In this document: positions 12,195-25,400 of the stretch, in pieces
Layout of the letters: each line of letters starts with the position of its first letter
Position numbering within the stretch: position 1 is the first letter of the stretch
Assembly (NCBI GenBank): GCA_964035575.1
Contig: OZ037840.1
Coordinates: 186,001-250,000, forward strand
Source of the DNA: Rhynchopus sp. YZ270_cl-10
Taxonomy: Eukaryota
Length of the DNA stretch: 64,000 nucleotides
Reading direction: 5' to 3'
Notes under the pieces: generated by a model
Database searches by the model: none
What the model saw: only the letters and a program-made list of their open reading frames with translations
Told to the model about the DNA's origin: nothing
Program-made: the position numbers and the translations under genes

Positions 12195-13984
12195 GCAAAT
12201 GGAAATTTGCTACATTCCTCCAAAGAATTATCAACAAAGACTGCATCCTTCTTGCGCTGTCCCCTGGTGCTAAAAGGCAAGTACAGAACATCACAGCCCC
12301 CAGAAGACGCAACCACGTTCACAGGTGTGTATGCTGGTCCCTTCCTCTCAGCTGCCGCAACATCTTCCGCAGAGCACTCTCCCCTCATGAAGCTGCGCAC
12401 TGCCAAGTTGTAGTCCTCCCAGTCCTTCTTCCCGCCAACCACGTACATCCACTCCTCCACGACAGACACAGTCGGCCGTTCTTGACAAGCTACCAACTCA
12501 GCAACAACCTCCGCATCACAGCCGGCAGCAAGCTCGATCTTGCAAGGGATCAGACGCAGTTGGTGTTCGCACTCAGCATCACTGAAGCAGAGGCGGTTGC
12601 ACAGCACACTGCACCCCAACACACGGCCAGCACGTTCCAGCACGTTCACGTCCCTCACCAGTGTGCCCACCATGCTGAAGCGGCGCATCACTTCACACCC
12701 CATGTCACCACGCAGCACCTTCCCAGTCGCAACTCCCATGTTCACATGTGGTGCAATGGTGTTGTCATCACCACGCAGCAGCAATGTGGCAGCGTGCAGT
12801 GCTGAGGTTGCGTGTGACGCACATGCTTTCGACGTGTTGAACGAGCAGTGGATCCTGTCCCCAACAAAGACGTCCACCATCCCACGACGCACTTCTGTTG
12901 CCTGCAACGTCTTCAGAAGAAGAGTTGTGAACAGGTCGGAGAAGCGTGCACTGTCCTCCTCCAAGCGGTGCAACGTGTCTTTGATGTTCAGTGTCAGCAG
13001 TGTTGCCCTTGTTGAGGACAGATCCAGTGGCTGAACCAATGTCGAGAATAAAGCGAGCCTTGAGCTGTTCTGTGACACTGTTGATTTGTCAGAGTCACAC
13101 ACACGAGCATCTTCATTCACCTCCTTCTCGTCTTTGTCAAACGGCAGACACGTCTGCGGGAGGTATGCCTTGTACTTCCGCAGGTTCTCCTCTATACTCT
13201 GCAGTGCGTCCCTCATCCCCTCAGGCAGCGCAGCCTCGTGAACCTTCAGCATCTCCGCAACCCCCTCCACGTCGTACCCCGCAAGCAGCGACGCAATCTC
13301 CTGCACAGTGCTGATCGTCCGCTCCATTGTTGCCTGCTCCTTCAGGATCGCCCTTGCAAACCCTCTCGTTGCGATGAAGTCCCCAACGAATACCAGCACT
13401 GCACCTAAGGTGACAGTGGCAGAAGGCGTTGCACACGGGAGCGTATCACAGTTGGTCCTATCGTATGCAGCCGCCCTCCTCCCCAACTCACCATCCTGCG
13501 GCACAAGACCAGGTAGGTCGAAGATGCCAAACCTGAAGGACTCCTCCGCAGCCATTAGAGCCAACCACACAAGCACAACAAACACCAACCCAGCGGTATA
13601 GCCTGTGGGCACCCGCAACACGAGCAACATGTCCACAATGAGCACGAGCGGTGCCCAGTATGTATCACCGTTGCAGCGAGCAAGCAGGTCGGCACTAAAT
13701 ACTAGGGATGCAAACATATAATAAACACCAACCATGACAGGTGTCGTCAACTTCTTCTTGCACAAGATGTACACCACCGAGAGCAGTGACGTGACCACCC
13801 CTGTAATTGCGGCCCAGCGATGCAACCCTTCGTATTGGTAACCAGTAACCAACATCACCAACAGAAACACAAGCGCTGTGCAGTTGATCACAAGGAACAT
13901 CTCCCGCTTCCTCCTCTCCTTTGTGTCAAGTGTGCCATCCAGCGTCAGTGCACCCTCAACACAACGTGGCCACTGCAGCTTCAT
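12173..13984 (-). CDS. 6-TM pseudo-cyclase, paralog 2 (603 aa)
   Basis: Same architecture as paralog 1. The last codons and the stop lie inside the 11292-12194 element. Confidence 0.85.
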   Translation of the reverse strand: MKLQWPRCVEGALTLDGTLDTKERRKREMFLVINCTALVFLLVMLVTGYQYEGLHRWAAITGVVTSLLSVVYILCKKKLTTPVMVGVYYMFASLVFSADLLARCNGDTYWAPLVLIVDMLLVLRVPTGYTAGLVFVVLVWLALMAAEESFRFGIFDLPGLVPQDGELGRRAAAYDRTNCDTLPCATPSATVTLGAVLVFVGDFIATRGFARAILKEQATMERTISTVQEIASLLAGYDVEGVAEMLKVHEAALPEGMRDALQSIEENLRKYKAYLPQTCLPFDKDEKEVNEDARVCDSDKSTVSQNSSRLALFSTLVQPLDLSSTRATLLTLNIKDTLHRLEEDSARFSDLFTTLLLKTLQATEVRRGMVDVFVGDRIHCSFNTSKACASHATSALHAATLLLRGDDNTIAPHVNMGVATGKVLRGDMGCEVMRRFSMVGTLVRDVNVLERAGRVLGCSVLCNRLCFSDAECEHQLRLIPCKIELAAGCDAEVVAELVACQERPTVSVVEEWMYVVGGKKDWEDYNLAVRSFMRGECSAEDVAAAERKGPAYTPVNVVASSGGCDVLYLPFSTRGQRKKDAVFVDNSLEECSKFPFATEDIVF

Positions 13985-14890
13985 TGCAACAACCCCAGCT
14001 GTCTGTGTCAAGAATGCGACCGCTTGGTCGACCTTTTCCCTTTCTGGTGTCCAAACTGTGTTTTACCTGAGGGTGCAGTGTGGTAAGGAAGATGAACATA
14101 AAGGCGGACAATACACAACAGACGTTTTGTTGCTTTCACAATCACACCACTGGGGTGTGGGTTGTGTCCTCTCGTCGCCCAATACGGCTGTGAAGTACTT
14201 ACAGAACGGCACATCACCCCTGAGATGTGGCAGAGATCAACAGATCTGCTTCGATTCAAGAACTCAACTGATGAAGAGATCAATAAAGCATACATCACAC
14301 TCATGACAATCGACGTATAAGACGCAGCAAGCATAGAAGAGCTAACGAGTAGAAGGATTGGAGGTACCCTAAATTGGTCAAAAATGGTAAAAATGGTAAA
14401 AATGGTAGGAATTTTGGGGGCTTTTTTTTTTTTTTTTTTTTTTTACTGGTTTTCTTCCTTGCTTTCGTATTTTTTGTTTTCTGTATCTATGTGGATCCCC
14501 CCCAGTGAACCGTTTGGGACCCCGCTCTGCCGTGGCAGTCGTGGTTAGCGTTGTCATGTTTGTCTGTAGCACACAAGTAAGAAGAGAGACTCTAGGTCTC
14601 ATTGGCGTCTGTTTCTCAAAAGTTTGGTTGTTGTTCTACTCTTGTGGGTTGCCGTTAAACGGAAGCGCCTCCCCATTTACCACGAAAATCGGGGGGAACA
14701 TACAGGCTGCACAGATCTCCCCCCACTATGTGGCAGTCGAGCCTTGTTACGTGGCTCCCTGGCCTGACTGCGGCTTTTTTAGGGAAAAAATAGTGAGGGG
14801 AGTTGGGTCCAGTCATAGGAAGTGTAGAGAATTTTTGAAAAATTCTTCCATTGGAATAAGGGTTTGCGGGCCTTGCCCTCTGAGGTGTTT

Positions 14891-14962
14891 GCAGGTTTGC
14901 AGGTTTGCAGGTTTGCAGGTTTGCAGGTTTGCAGGTTTGCAGGTTTGCAGGTTTGCAGGTTT
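14891..14962. repeat. (GCAGGTTT)9 microsatellite
   Basis: Directly visible. Confidence 0.95.
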
Positions 14963-15726
14963 AAGGAGGCGAATCTGTGTGGATGAGGGTTGAGGGTGCT
15001 TAGATGGGGTATGATACTGAGGTGCTTAAATGGTGGTTTTGTAGGTTACATAGTCACGAGACTGCCCTTGTATTAAAAGGGGGAAGAGGGGAGATGATAG
15101 GGGACAAGGCTACCAATCCGACTTAAACCGACTCAGTAGGGTCAGGTCGGACCGACCCAAACCTACCCAGCAAAAAGGTCAAAAAATAGATGTCAATTTT
15201 GAGACACTTTTTTTTCCACTTTTTTCCTTGGGGATTTTTCCAGGTACTTAGCGAAGCGTTAGGGCGACTTAAGTCCCTTGGCCCCAGCGCCCTATGGGGC
15301 GCCTCCTCGTCGGGCCGTTAGGGCCCTCCGGTGGCCAGGTTCTTTCTCTGGGCTTAGAGGCTCGAAGTTCCCCGTCAGATTGGAGCTGGTGTGCTTTATG
15401 AGGCTCGCTCGTCTAGATTGAGGCTCGCTCGTCCGGATTGGGCTAGCTCGTCCGCCTTCGGCTAGACCCTCCGCCTTTGGGTGGGCTCGTGTATCTTCGT
15501 TATGTACGTACGGGTTCGATACTCTGGTTGGAGTGTGACAGCACGTCATTTCTTGAGCACGTTGGTAACACACGAAGTGCAATGGCGAGAATGGAAAGAT
15601 AGATGCCGGCATTGGTGAATTGCTGGAGTTCTGCACAGGAAGCTAGCATGACGTAGAATCACTGTGTGAACAAAATGACCGTATTTTGGTTGAAAATTTG
15701 ACTTGAAATTTTTTTTCATAATTTGC

Positions 15727-16435
15727 CAGGGCGTTCGCCCCGGGGCGAAAAAAAATTTTTTTCGTTAAAAAAATCTTTTCCTGAAAAAATGACATTTTAT
15801 TTCGCCCCAGGGCTTCGCCCCACCGGGGCGAAACCCTGTATAAATAAATAAATAAAGAAAAAAGGGAGAAAAAAAAAAAAGAGAGACATTTCTCCCCACC
15901 ACCCTGTCGACCCCCCCCGGAGGGGGGGTCGCAGAGGGGGTGTCCACTGTACTCAAAATCATCCGCAAACCCGCCTGCCGTGAGAGGAAGTTTCCCCAGC
16001 ACTCCCGCTCGCTCCTCAATCCTGCAGTCAGCTGAAGGTGTCACTACTCGTGTCAACTCTATCTTCAACCTCGGTGGAGGCAGAGAGACGGTTTAGTTTA
16101 TTGAAAATAATCAAACTAAGGATGAAGTCTCATATGACAGATGCCTCTCTCTAGTACATCTGTTTGATTAAACAGCACAAAGAGATCCTCAGTGAGGGGG
16201 GGATTGCTGAAATTCTCCATCGTTTTGCTGGTATTAGTGCTGGGGAAGGTATCACGCGCAAATCGCAAAATTTTTTTTATCACTCAGTACCAGGGATTCA
16301 CCCCCACGAACTAGCTTCTCTCCGGCGAAAAACTTTTTTTGACCTATTTTAAGCACTAGTAAAAATGCAAAATTTTCGGGTTTTTTGGCATTTCGCCACG
16401 ATTCAGGAAAAACGATGGCGATAGCGAACGCCCTG
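15727..16435. mobile_element. Classic hAT MITE with 8-bp TSD nested in J
   Basis: TIR CAGGGCGTTCGC / GCGAACGCCCTG; TSD TAATTTGC at 15719-15726 and 16436-16443; homologous uninterrupted sequence at ~31340-31380. Confidence 0.9.
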
Positions 16436-18310
16436 TAATTTGCCCAATCGAAGGTTTTCCTTGGATTTTTTGGGCCATTTTATGACGTACCACGCCCGAT
16501 TTTGGGCGAAAAAAAAAATTTTTTTTTGGTCAAAAATCGCCTTGTATTACCACTGTATTGGTGTAGGCTTGTACACAGAAGTGTGTTTTGTGTAACCACA
16601 GATGGTCAAAACACCCGATTTTTGCATTTTTTTTGCATTTTTTGGTGCCCAAAGACCCACCTCAGTGGTCGAAATTTTCCCGAAAAAAAAATTTTTTTTT
16701 TCGATTTTTCGATTTTTTGACAAGGCGCTGGCCCATACAAAATGCACTGGTGGTGCAGAAAATGGCTGGGGAATAAACTCTAGATGCTCAAAACAGCCCA
16801 ATTCATGCTTTTTTGGACTTTTTTTTTTTTTGCGTTTTTTTTTAATTTAATTTCTTACAATAGTTCTGTAACTTTTTGGTCCCAGAAGGGTACCCAGGTG
16901 TAGTGAACAGGCCTCAAAAACACTTGTGAAAAAAAAAAAATTTTTTTTTTTCATAGGGTGAAAACGATCGTTTTTTTTTTTTTTTTTTTTTTTACGAATC
17001 TGGGAAAAAGTGATCGGTCTTTTTTTTTTTTTTTTTTTTTCACGATCGTGAAGAAAAAAAAACGATCGTTTTTTTTTTTTTTTTTTCTTCACGATCGTGA
17101 AAAAAAAGCACCTTTTTCTTCACGATCGTGAAGGAAAAAAAAAACGATCGTTTTTTTTTTCCCATATTATGTCGTTGATCGCTGGCCCACACCAGGGAGG
17201 GAGCCCCCACAGGTGCCCACAACCCCCCTGAAATCGGCCGAGAGTAACTTTTAGCGGTGTTTTGACGTAAAATGTCACCTTTTTTGCCATTTTTGGGGTG
17301 TACTTTTCTGGAACAAAATTCGCAAAACCCGAAATACGAATCGTAAAAAATCGCGACATTCTATGACATGCGTATACCATGAAGCAGCACGTCACGGCAT
17401 GGCATGTAACATGCACATGTAATATCGCCAAAAACCTAGTCGTAGTAACATCATCACTGTGCAAACCCCTGTCCATCCAATACAATTCACACTCTTTGTG
17501 GGTGGTCTTGCTGCCTTTTTGCCACAGTAATTTTTGGCCCGGCAGGCATGCTCTTGAAGCATGGCAATTTAGTGTGTATGGGGCAGGGTGTTGTTTTGTT
17601 CTGAATTCCCTTTGTTACAATATCTATCCAATCGCGAGTGGTTGTATGTGTATCGTGAGACACTCTTTTTAACCCTTTACGGACCAAGAGGACATTTATG
17701 CCCATTGTGGCGGGGGATGCGGCGTTCAACACCAGGCCAAGTTGGCCAAAAGCCCCAACTTTTGTACTGTCCAACCTCTGTACAATTACGGTATATTTCG
17801 TTGGCTGGTGGTCTGAAGAGTGATCTGACCATATTCTCCAGGTATAACAAATGCCCAAATAATGCATTGGCGAAGGAATTTTGCACTTTTGACCATCACA
17901 CATTACTTGTATTTTCATAGTGTGAGAACGATCGTGACGGTTTTTTTCAAGATCTTGAACTTTTTTTCAAGATCTTGACATTTTTTTTTTTTTTTTCACG
18001 ATCGTTTTTTTTTTTCACGATCGTTTTTTTTTTTTCCCCTAGTAGTACAAGGGGCATGGGCGTGAAATGGGTGGCAAGGGAGAGTTTCTGGGTTCTACTT
18101 GGACTTTTTGACCGACTCTTTTCCTTGAAACGATTTTGTGGCGAATCTTTCAAATAAAGCAAAAATCGAGAACATTCTCACACCAGAATCCCCCCCAACG
18201 GATGTCGCCAGCGAGGCACTAAAACCAGAAAACCGTTTTTACCCATGGCAAGTGCCACTATAGTGGCGCACGAATGCCACACGTTGGTAGGGGTAATGGG
18301 GTTCTACTCA

Positions 18311-21300
18311 CACGGTGGAGTCTGACCAGCCTGGCCTGAGGCCAAACCGGACTCACCCCCGAGTCCGCCTGGCCGGACTCGGGGTCCGGCCAACCAGACT
18401 CAGGGGTCCGCCTGGCCGGACCCCTGGCCGGACCCCGAGTCTGGTTGGCCGGACCCTGAGTCCGGTTGGCCGGACCCAAAAAAAAAAAAATTTTTTTTTT
18501 GACATCACAAAAATGCCCTTGGTGGGTCCATATGACCTCAAAACTGGACTAAAAATGCAAATAAAGGCACTTACGAGCAGTTTAGAGCATCTAGAATTTA
18601 TTCGACGGCAATTTTGTGTGCACTCTGTACATTTTGTATGGGCCATCGCCTTAGCAAAAAATCGAAAAATCTGAAAAAAAAAAATTTTTTTTTCGGGAAA
18701 AATTTGGCCTCTGGGTTGGGTCTTGGGGCACCGAAAAATGCAAAAAAACGCAAAATTCGGGTGTTTTGACCATCTGGGGTTTCACCAAATACACGTATTT
18801 GAACTATACTACACTAAACAGTGGTTAGACAAGGCGATTTTTGACCAAAGAAAAAATAACTTTTTTGCCCAAAACTGGCCGTGGTAGGTCATAAAATGGC
18901 CCAAAAAATCCAAAGAAAACCTCAGATTGGGCAAATGTTGAAAAAAATTTTCAAGTCAAAATTTCAGCCAAAATACGGTCATACCCCGTGTACTGTAGTA
19001 GCTAATTTTGACGATTTGAGGCCATAAAAAGCAAAATTTGGCACTTTTGAGCCTCTGTAGGGGTCTAAAATGTCTAAAATGTGGTTTTGCGTACTCGATT
19101 TTTTAGACGAATTTTTTTTCTGTACTGGACACTGGGCACTGTACCCAGAGAAGGCACCTTGACAGCAGCGAAGGCACAGGTTACGATGAAGACAAGGTAT
19201 GTAAATATGTTTAACTGTCAGGCACTAGTGTAGATTCATTCCTTAAGTGGTTGTCAAGTTGTTGTGTGGTGGTGTTTGTTTTCCCTGATCACCCATCTCA
19301 CTCTTTTTGGCTGGTGCTTGTAGACTACCCCTACTTTGTGTAATCGGAATAAACTTACGTATTGCTTGTCATAAGGCATCCGTTTTTTAACTTCTGCAGG
19401 CGTGCTCGTTACCTGCTGCACATAATATTCACCTCGCTTCGCTCGGTAAATACTTATACATGGTCCCCTCGCTTCGCTTGGGAACCATTGTGCAGCAGGA
19501 AACCCGCTGTAGTGTAAAAAAAAGGCTACTTTATTTCACGGCAATGCATAGTTATTACCACTCTCTTCATTAACCTCATCTTTAATACTGTAAAATCGTT
19601 TAATTTGTCACACCCTAATTAACCGAGTTGAAATATCAGTCAGTAAATGGATTTTGTCACCCCCTCACATTACGTGATGATTTAATTTATGTTTGTGGGT
19701 ATTTTTTGTGTCTACTTTTTAAAGTACAGCCTTGAGTGATACTTTCTTCTGTATTAGGGACGGAAGAATTGTAAACGATTTTACAGTACTGCGTTTATAC
19801 ACCATAACTTAATCATACCCCACATTTACACTCATCACAGGATCGTGAAATCTGAACTGCATCCGTGATTGCGATGAGAAGTTTCGCCGCTCTTCGACAT
19901 TCTATCAACAACTTAAAAATCCGAAAGGCTTCACCCACATCAATCTATTCTGGGTTTGTGGACGAAGACCTGGGGGGTGGGAACACTTTGTCAGTCACTG
20001 CTATTGCCATTTAACCCAGGGAGCATAGCTAGTGCAAGAAATTCGACTTTGGAAACCTTCCGGAAAGTCTGTCCTCTGCTTACGGAGGACGAGGCACAAG
20101 AAAATATTGCGTTCCCCCAGAAAACCAGTGCACATTTCACACTCCTTGTGGGTGGTCTTGTTGCCTTTTTTGTCACAGTAATTTTGGCCCAGGCATGTTC
20201 TTGAAGCATGACAATTTAGTGTGTATGGGGCAGGGTGTTGTTTTGTTCTGAATTCTCTAGTTATCATCTAAGTCAATTGCGGGTGGTGGTTTGTGTAGCG
20301 TGAGGCACTCTTTTTAACAAACTTCCTGCGGCTGCTAAAGCGTTATTTCTTCGGATTTAACAACGTACAGCGTAACATAGTGGATTCGCCTGGTCGACAC
20401 AACCTTTGATAGATATGGGATAACCAACCCCCTTCGACCCCTCGTGGGTTCACTGAACAAGCCCTCGTGGTAGTTAAACGCGATTGAACATTTAAATTTC
20501 TAGAGATGAAAGAACAAGATAACACTTCTGTACCCGCGCATCAAAATTGTGGAAAACTTTGCACCCCAAACACCCTCAACAACGCCCGCCAAAAGGCGCC
20601 CCTTGTTGCTGGGAGTTGGTTCTCATTGATACCTGCACAGCGGGCATTCCTCTGAGTCCAACGCATGTTTGGCCTGTCTGCGGCGTTGTACTTAAGGTGC
20701 ACGAAGACAGGGTCTGGTGGTAAATTTTGCGTAGTACTGCGACGTGGTACTGCGTGGGTCTGGGAATTTGGGTACCTGGGTACAGGAAATTTGTTGTGGA
20801 AGACATCAACCACCATGCATTGAGGAGGGTAAGACAGTGTTCGCAGTTTCTACCTGATAGCATTACAACATTTAACTTCTCCACGGGGGTCTTGGGCCGT
20901 TCACTCGGTTCTACCTTGACTACCGGAAGATATTATTGAGGCCTTTTTGGTCTCTAGAATATCCGGTCTTCCCGAACGGAGGCACACTTTGTGTGTTACT
21001 ACGACCTGGCAATTTCCAGCAGTAGGTTAAGTAATCTTTCTTGTAAATTGTTGGATCATTATCTCCTCAGTGCATGAATGCCCCACGTGACTGGACACTT
21101 TTGTGTTTGTCATGTGGAGCTGTGGTTGCTCTTTCACGACTTTTTTCCTTGTACACAGTGTACCGTGTACCTGGGTACCTGGGTACCTGGGTACCTGGGT
21201 ACCTGGGTACCTGGGTACCTGGGTACCTGGGTACCTGGGTACCTGGGTACCTGGGTACCTGGGTACCTGGGTACCTGGGTACCTGGGTACCTGGGTACCT

Positions 21301-21532
21301 GGGTACCTGGGTACCTGGGTACCTGGGTACCTGGGTACCTGGGTACCTGGGTGCCTGGGTGCCTGGGTGCCTGGGTGCCTGGGTACCTGGGGCGGCCAGG
21401 CGGACCCACGGGTCCGCCTGGCCGGACTCGGGGTCCGGCCAACCGGACTCGGGGGTCCGCCTGGCCGGACTCAGGGGTCCGTCCTTTAGTCCGGCCAAAA
21501 GGGTCCGGCCATTTTGGTCACACTCCACCGTG
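18311..21532. mobile_element. TIR element K inside H (mirror copy 28771-31771 lacks one end)
   Basis: TIR CACGGTGGAGT(C/G)TGACC; GGCCGGAC subterminal repeats; no convincing TSD (only CA). Confidence 0.65.
21170..21391. repeat. (CTGGGTAC)n satellite in K; mirror at ~28914-29127 is one unit shorter
   Basis: Directly visible. The mirror-coordinate sum shifts from 50303 to 50295 across the array. Confidence 0.95.
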
Positions 21533-21582
21533 CATTTTCGTAAAAACATTTTTTTTCTGTGTGACAATAATAAGGCAAGAAT

Positions 21583-22457
21583 CACGTATGGCAAATGATA
21601 ATATATTATGCGCTATTATGAGATCTCATAATACATGTGATATTATGCGCTATTATGTGCTATTATGTGCTATTATGCGCTATTATGCGCTATTATGCGC
21701 CAATTATGCGGCGTTATGCGCTCATTATGTGCCGTACCCCCCACCCCCCCCACCCAAAAAAAGTCGCTCAGAAGTGGTCAAAAGTGCCCAAAACCGGGCG
21801 GAATTCAATTTTGGGGTACAAATGGGCCTATGGTGTGGTTTTTATTGACTTCAGGGGGGTTTCTTTGATTTATTACCTACTTCACGTTTTTTGACGGCTT
21901 AAGATACCTTGGGTGGGAAAACCTTTGGTACCAGGTGCTTGACACTTTTTGAAACATGGTTCTAAGTTCCACCAAGTCCCTCTAAACACCCCGAAACCGC
22001 CTGGGTACCCCTCGGGATAGGTTCTGGGGTGAAAATATGTGGCTTTGGGGGCTTTTCTGGCCCCTGGCTCACACTGAGGCGTGATGGATGTGTGAGTTGC
22101 TCTATCTACGAGGGGTGGGCAGGTACAAGTTGTATGTACATTTTTGAAAAAAGCAGATACGGGGCTTCTTGAGGCTCAAAACTGCTCAAAACCGGGCGCA
22201 GATGGATTTTTGGACATCTGAGGGTGGTATTTTCTGGTTTGGGGCATTGGGGTAGGGCACATAATGAGCACATAATGAGCACATAATAGCGCATAATCAT
22301 TATGCGCTATTATGCGCTATTATGTGCTATTATGTGCTATTATGCGCTATTATGCATTATGCGATTATTATGAGCGCGCATAATAGCGCATAATAGCGCA
22401 TAATGATCTCATAATTTATTATGAGATCTCATAATAAATTATCATTTGCCATACGTG
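21583..22457. mobile_element. Family A MITE, uninterrupted 875-bp copy
   Basis: 20-bp perfect TIR; TSD AAGAAT at 21577-21582 and 22458-22463; TATTATGCGC subterminal repeats. Confidence 0.93.
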
Positions 22458-25400
22458 AAGAATCGACAACTTTCGTGAAAATGTCATATCGTTGGATGCT
22501 GGAGGGAGGTGGGTCAACCCTAGGAAAAGGACTTTTTTTGGCGCTCACCCCCAAAATCACCCCCTGCCTCGTGACTTCGCCCTGCAAACAGAATTCTACT
22601 CAAAATCGTAAAATAAATTATATTTCGTAAGAATTGATGTCGATCTTTTAGATAAAGCCAAAATCGAGCAGTTTTGATGATTAGGTTAGTGCAGCCGTAA
22701 CAAGGAGAACACAGGGTAAAATCCCTTGGTTTTCCCTTGCTGTACTGTATGTGTTAAAAAGTGTATATTGGTGTACGGGAGAGACGCGCGTTTAAAGTTG
22801 CAACATTTTTAGGCTGATTGACGTGGGCCTGGCATGCCCCATTTTTCACTTTTTACCACCGATTTAATTCGATCACCATCGAACACTGGGAAAATTTCTT
22901 GGTCAGTTTGGGGTATAACACGTGTATGACCTAATTTTAGGTGGTCAGAAGTGGAGTCTGACCCCCGTGCCCATCATTTTTGAGCATGTTTTTTGGTTTT
23001 CCTTAGCACAACGTAGGAGAAGGCGAACTGTTTACAAGGAGGGACAGGGTCGAGCGTGAGTGGGTCACTGCAGTGGCTCACGATACACTGAACGGGTTTG
23101 CGGCTGGGAGGGAAACGTTTCCACTGTTACAGGCAAGTCACAAGGGGGTGGTGACTTGTGTGGGAGAAATGGGTACGGACAAGACTGTATGCGTTTAGTC
23201 CCAAGAGCCTTCACTGATGTCAGAGTCGTGATGCTCAGCATCATCATCAACCTTGGGGTCCTCAGCTGTCGCGTCGCAGTCAATATAGCTCCCGCACGCT
23301 CCTTCTCCTCCTGCAACCATTCTCTTGTGGCGGCTTGCTCTCGCGCAAACTGCGTGCTACGACCACAAGCTTGTGCAGCTTTGGTGCAACTAGCCAGTTG
23401 CGCCTCTTCTCGCTCATCCACCCATCGTACTGAAGATGCGCTCAGCATGTTGAGGCACAAATGGAACTCAGGGGAAGAGCTGTGTGCTGTGGACAGAGAG
23501 GCCAGGGTTTGGGGTGCTGTGTGAGCTACAAACGCTCCCCTTCCCTCCTCAGATCTAACAAACATTACCCGTTGTCTTGCAAGAACTTGCCCAATTCTGC
23601 AAATTGACCCCACCACTGCACGGGCGGCTTCCAAAAATGCAAATAAGGACCCTTTTCCACAACCTTCCTTCACAGAAGGGTCAATTTTACAAACCCGGAT
23701 TTTGAGGAAAATTTTAGCCGAAAATGGGCCCACGTATAAGTGACCGGGCTCATATTTCCCAAAATTTAAGTGGTCAAAAAATCCAATTTTCGAGATTGAC
23801 CCCACCACTGCACGGGCGAATCCCAAAAATGTAAATAAAGACGTTTTTGGCCCAAAATAAATCTGCCAAAATTGTGTCCCGGATTGGATTTTGGACTCCG
23901 GACCCCATATTTAGAAATAGCCCTGTGTTCTAAACAATGAGCATCACAGCGGTTGACCCTGGTATTTTTGGTATTTTTTGAAAATCTCAGCTCAAAAAAT
24001 ACCAAAAAAAAAATACAGGGTTTTGGATTGAGGCTGGGGTGGGGTTAGGTGAGGAGTGGGGGCTCCGCCCACCTCTCACCTACCCCCCACAGAATTCTAT
24101 TTTTAGAAGACAATTTTCTTCTATTTTACCGGAAAAGGAAGATGCACTGCGGCGCGAGCTTTCAACCCACCCTTCCCGCGACATAGTAGGCAATTTTAAG
24201 CGCAATTTTTAGAAATGTTGCGTACCGTGGCTTCGCTAGAAACTTTCGTTTTAGCAAAATATGGAAGTAAAATTTACGGAACTGGACGATAGTTACCAAC
24301 AAAAGTGCCATTTTATGTCAACATTTTAAAGAAATGTTGCGTACCGTGGCTTCGCCAGAACCTTTGGGAAGCAATGAGGAGTGAGAAAGAAGGATAAGGG
24401 CAAAGAAAAAAGTAGCGTACCATGCGCCTGCGGCGCAAGCTTGCATTACATCCTTTCCATGACATAGTTTGGCTGTAAAAAAAAGTGCAATTGTAAGCGC
24501 ATTTTTTAGAAATGTTGCGTACCGTGGCTTCGCCACGAGTTTAACACTGAAAATATGGGGAATATGCTTGAACGCGCTGTTGCCCTGTTTCTCAGCAACA
24601 AGCGTCACAGATTCAAGAGAAAACGGAGTGCTCTGACATAGGTTGTACTCATTAAAAAACCGGTAAAAATACAAGTAATGTGTGATGGTCAAAAGTGCAA
24701 AATTCCTTCGCCAATGCATTATTTGGGCATTTGTTATACCTGGAGAATATGGTCAGATCACTCTTCAGACCACCAGCCAACGAAATATACCGTAATTGTA
24801 CAGAGGTTGGACAGTACAAAAGTTGGGGCTTTTGGCCAACTTGGCCTGGTGTTGAACGCCGCATCCCCCGCCACAATGGGCATAAATGTCCTCTTGGTCC
24901 GTAAAGGGTTAAAAAGAGTGTCTCACGATACACATACAACCACTCGCGATTGGATAGATATTGTAACAAAGGGAATTCAGAACAAAACAACACCCTGCCC
25001 CATACACACTAAATTGCCATGCTTCAAGAGCATGCCTGCCGGGCCAAAAATTACTGTGGCAAAAAGGCAGCAAGACCACCCACAAAGAGTGTGAATTGTA
25101 TTGGATGGACAGGGGTTTGCACAGTGATGATGTTACTACGACTAGGTTTTTGGCGATATTACATGTGCATGTTACATGCCATGCCGTGACGTGCTGCTTC
25201 ATGGTATACGCATGTCATAGAATGTCGCGATTTTTTACGATTCGTATTTCGGGTTTTGCGAATTTTGTTCCAGAAAAGTACACCCCAAAAATGGCAAAAA
25301 AGGTGACATTTTACGTCAAAACACCGCTAAAAGTTACTCTCGGCCGATTTCAGGGGGGTTGTGGGCACCTGTGGGGGCTCCCTCCCTGGTGTGGGCCAGC

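Noticed and set aside
15250..15660. GC-rich segment in J as an RNA gene, LTR or organellar insert
   Set aside because: No recognisable rRNA, tRNA or LTR hallmarks; a database search would be required.
23065..23826. 253-aa ORF and its mirror at 26477-27238
   Set aside because: Non-ATG start, partly built from a local ~190-bp duplication, and no recognisable domain. At most a captured gene fragment.
24205..24540. Spaced ~24-bp repeats as a CRISPR array
   Set aside because: Only three copies, irregular ~95-155-bp spacing, eukaryotic context and no cas genes.
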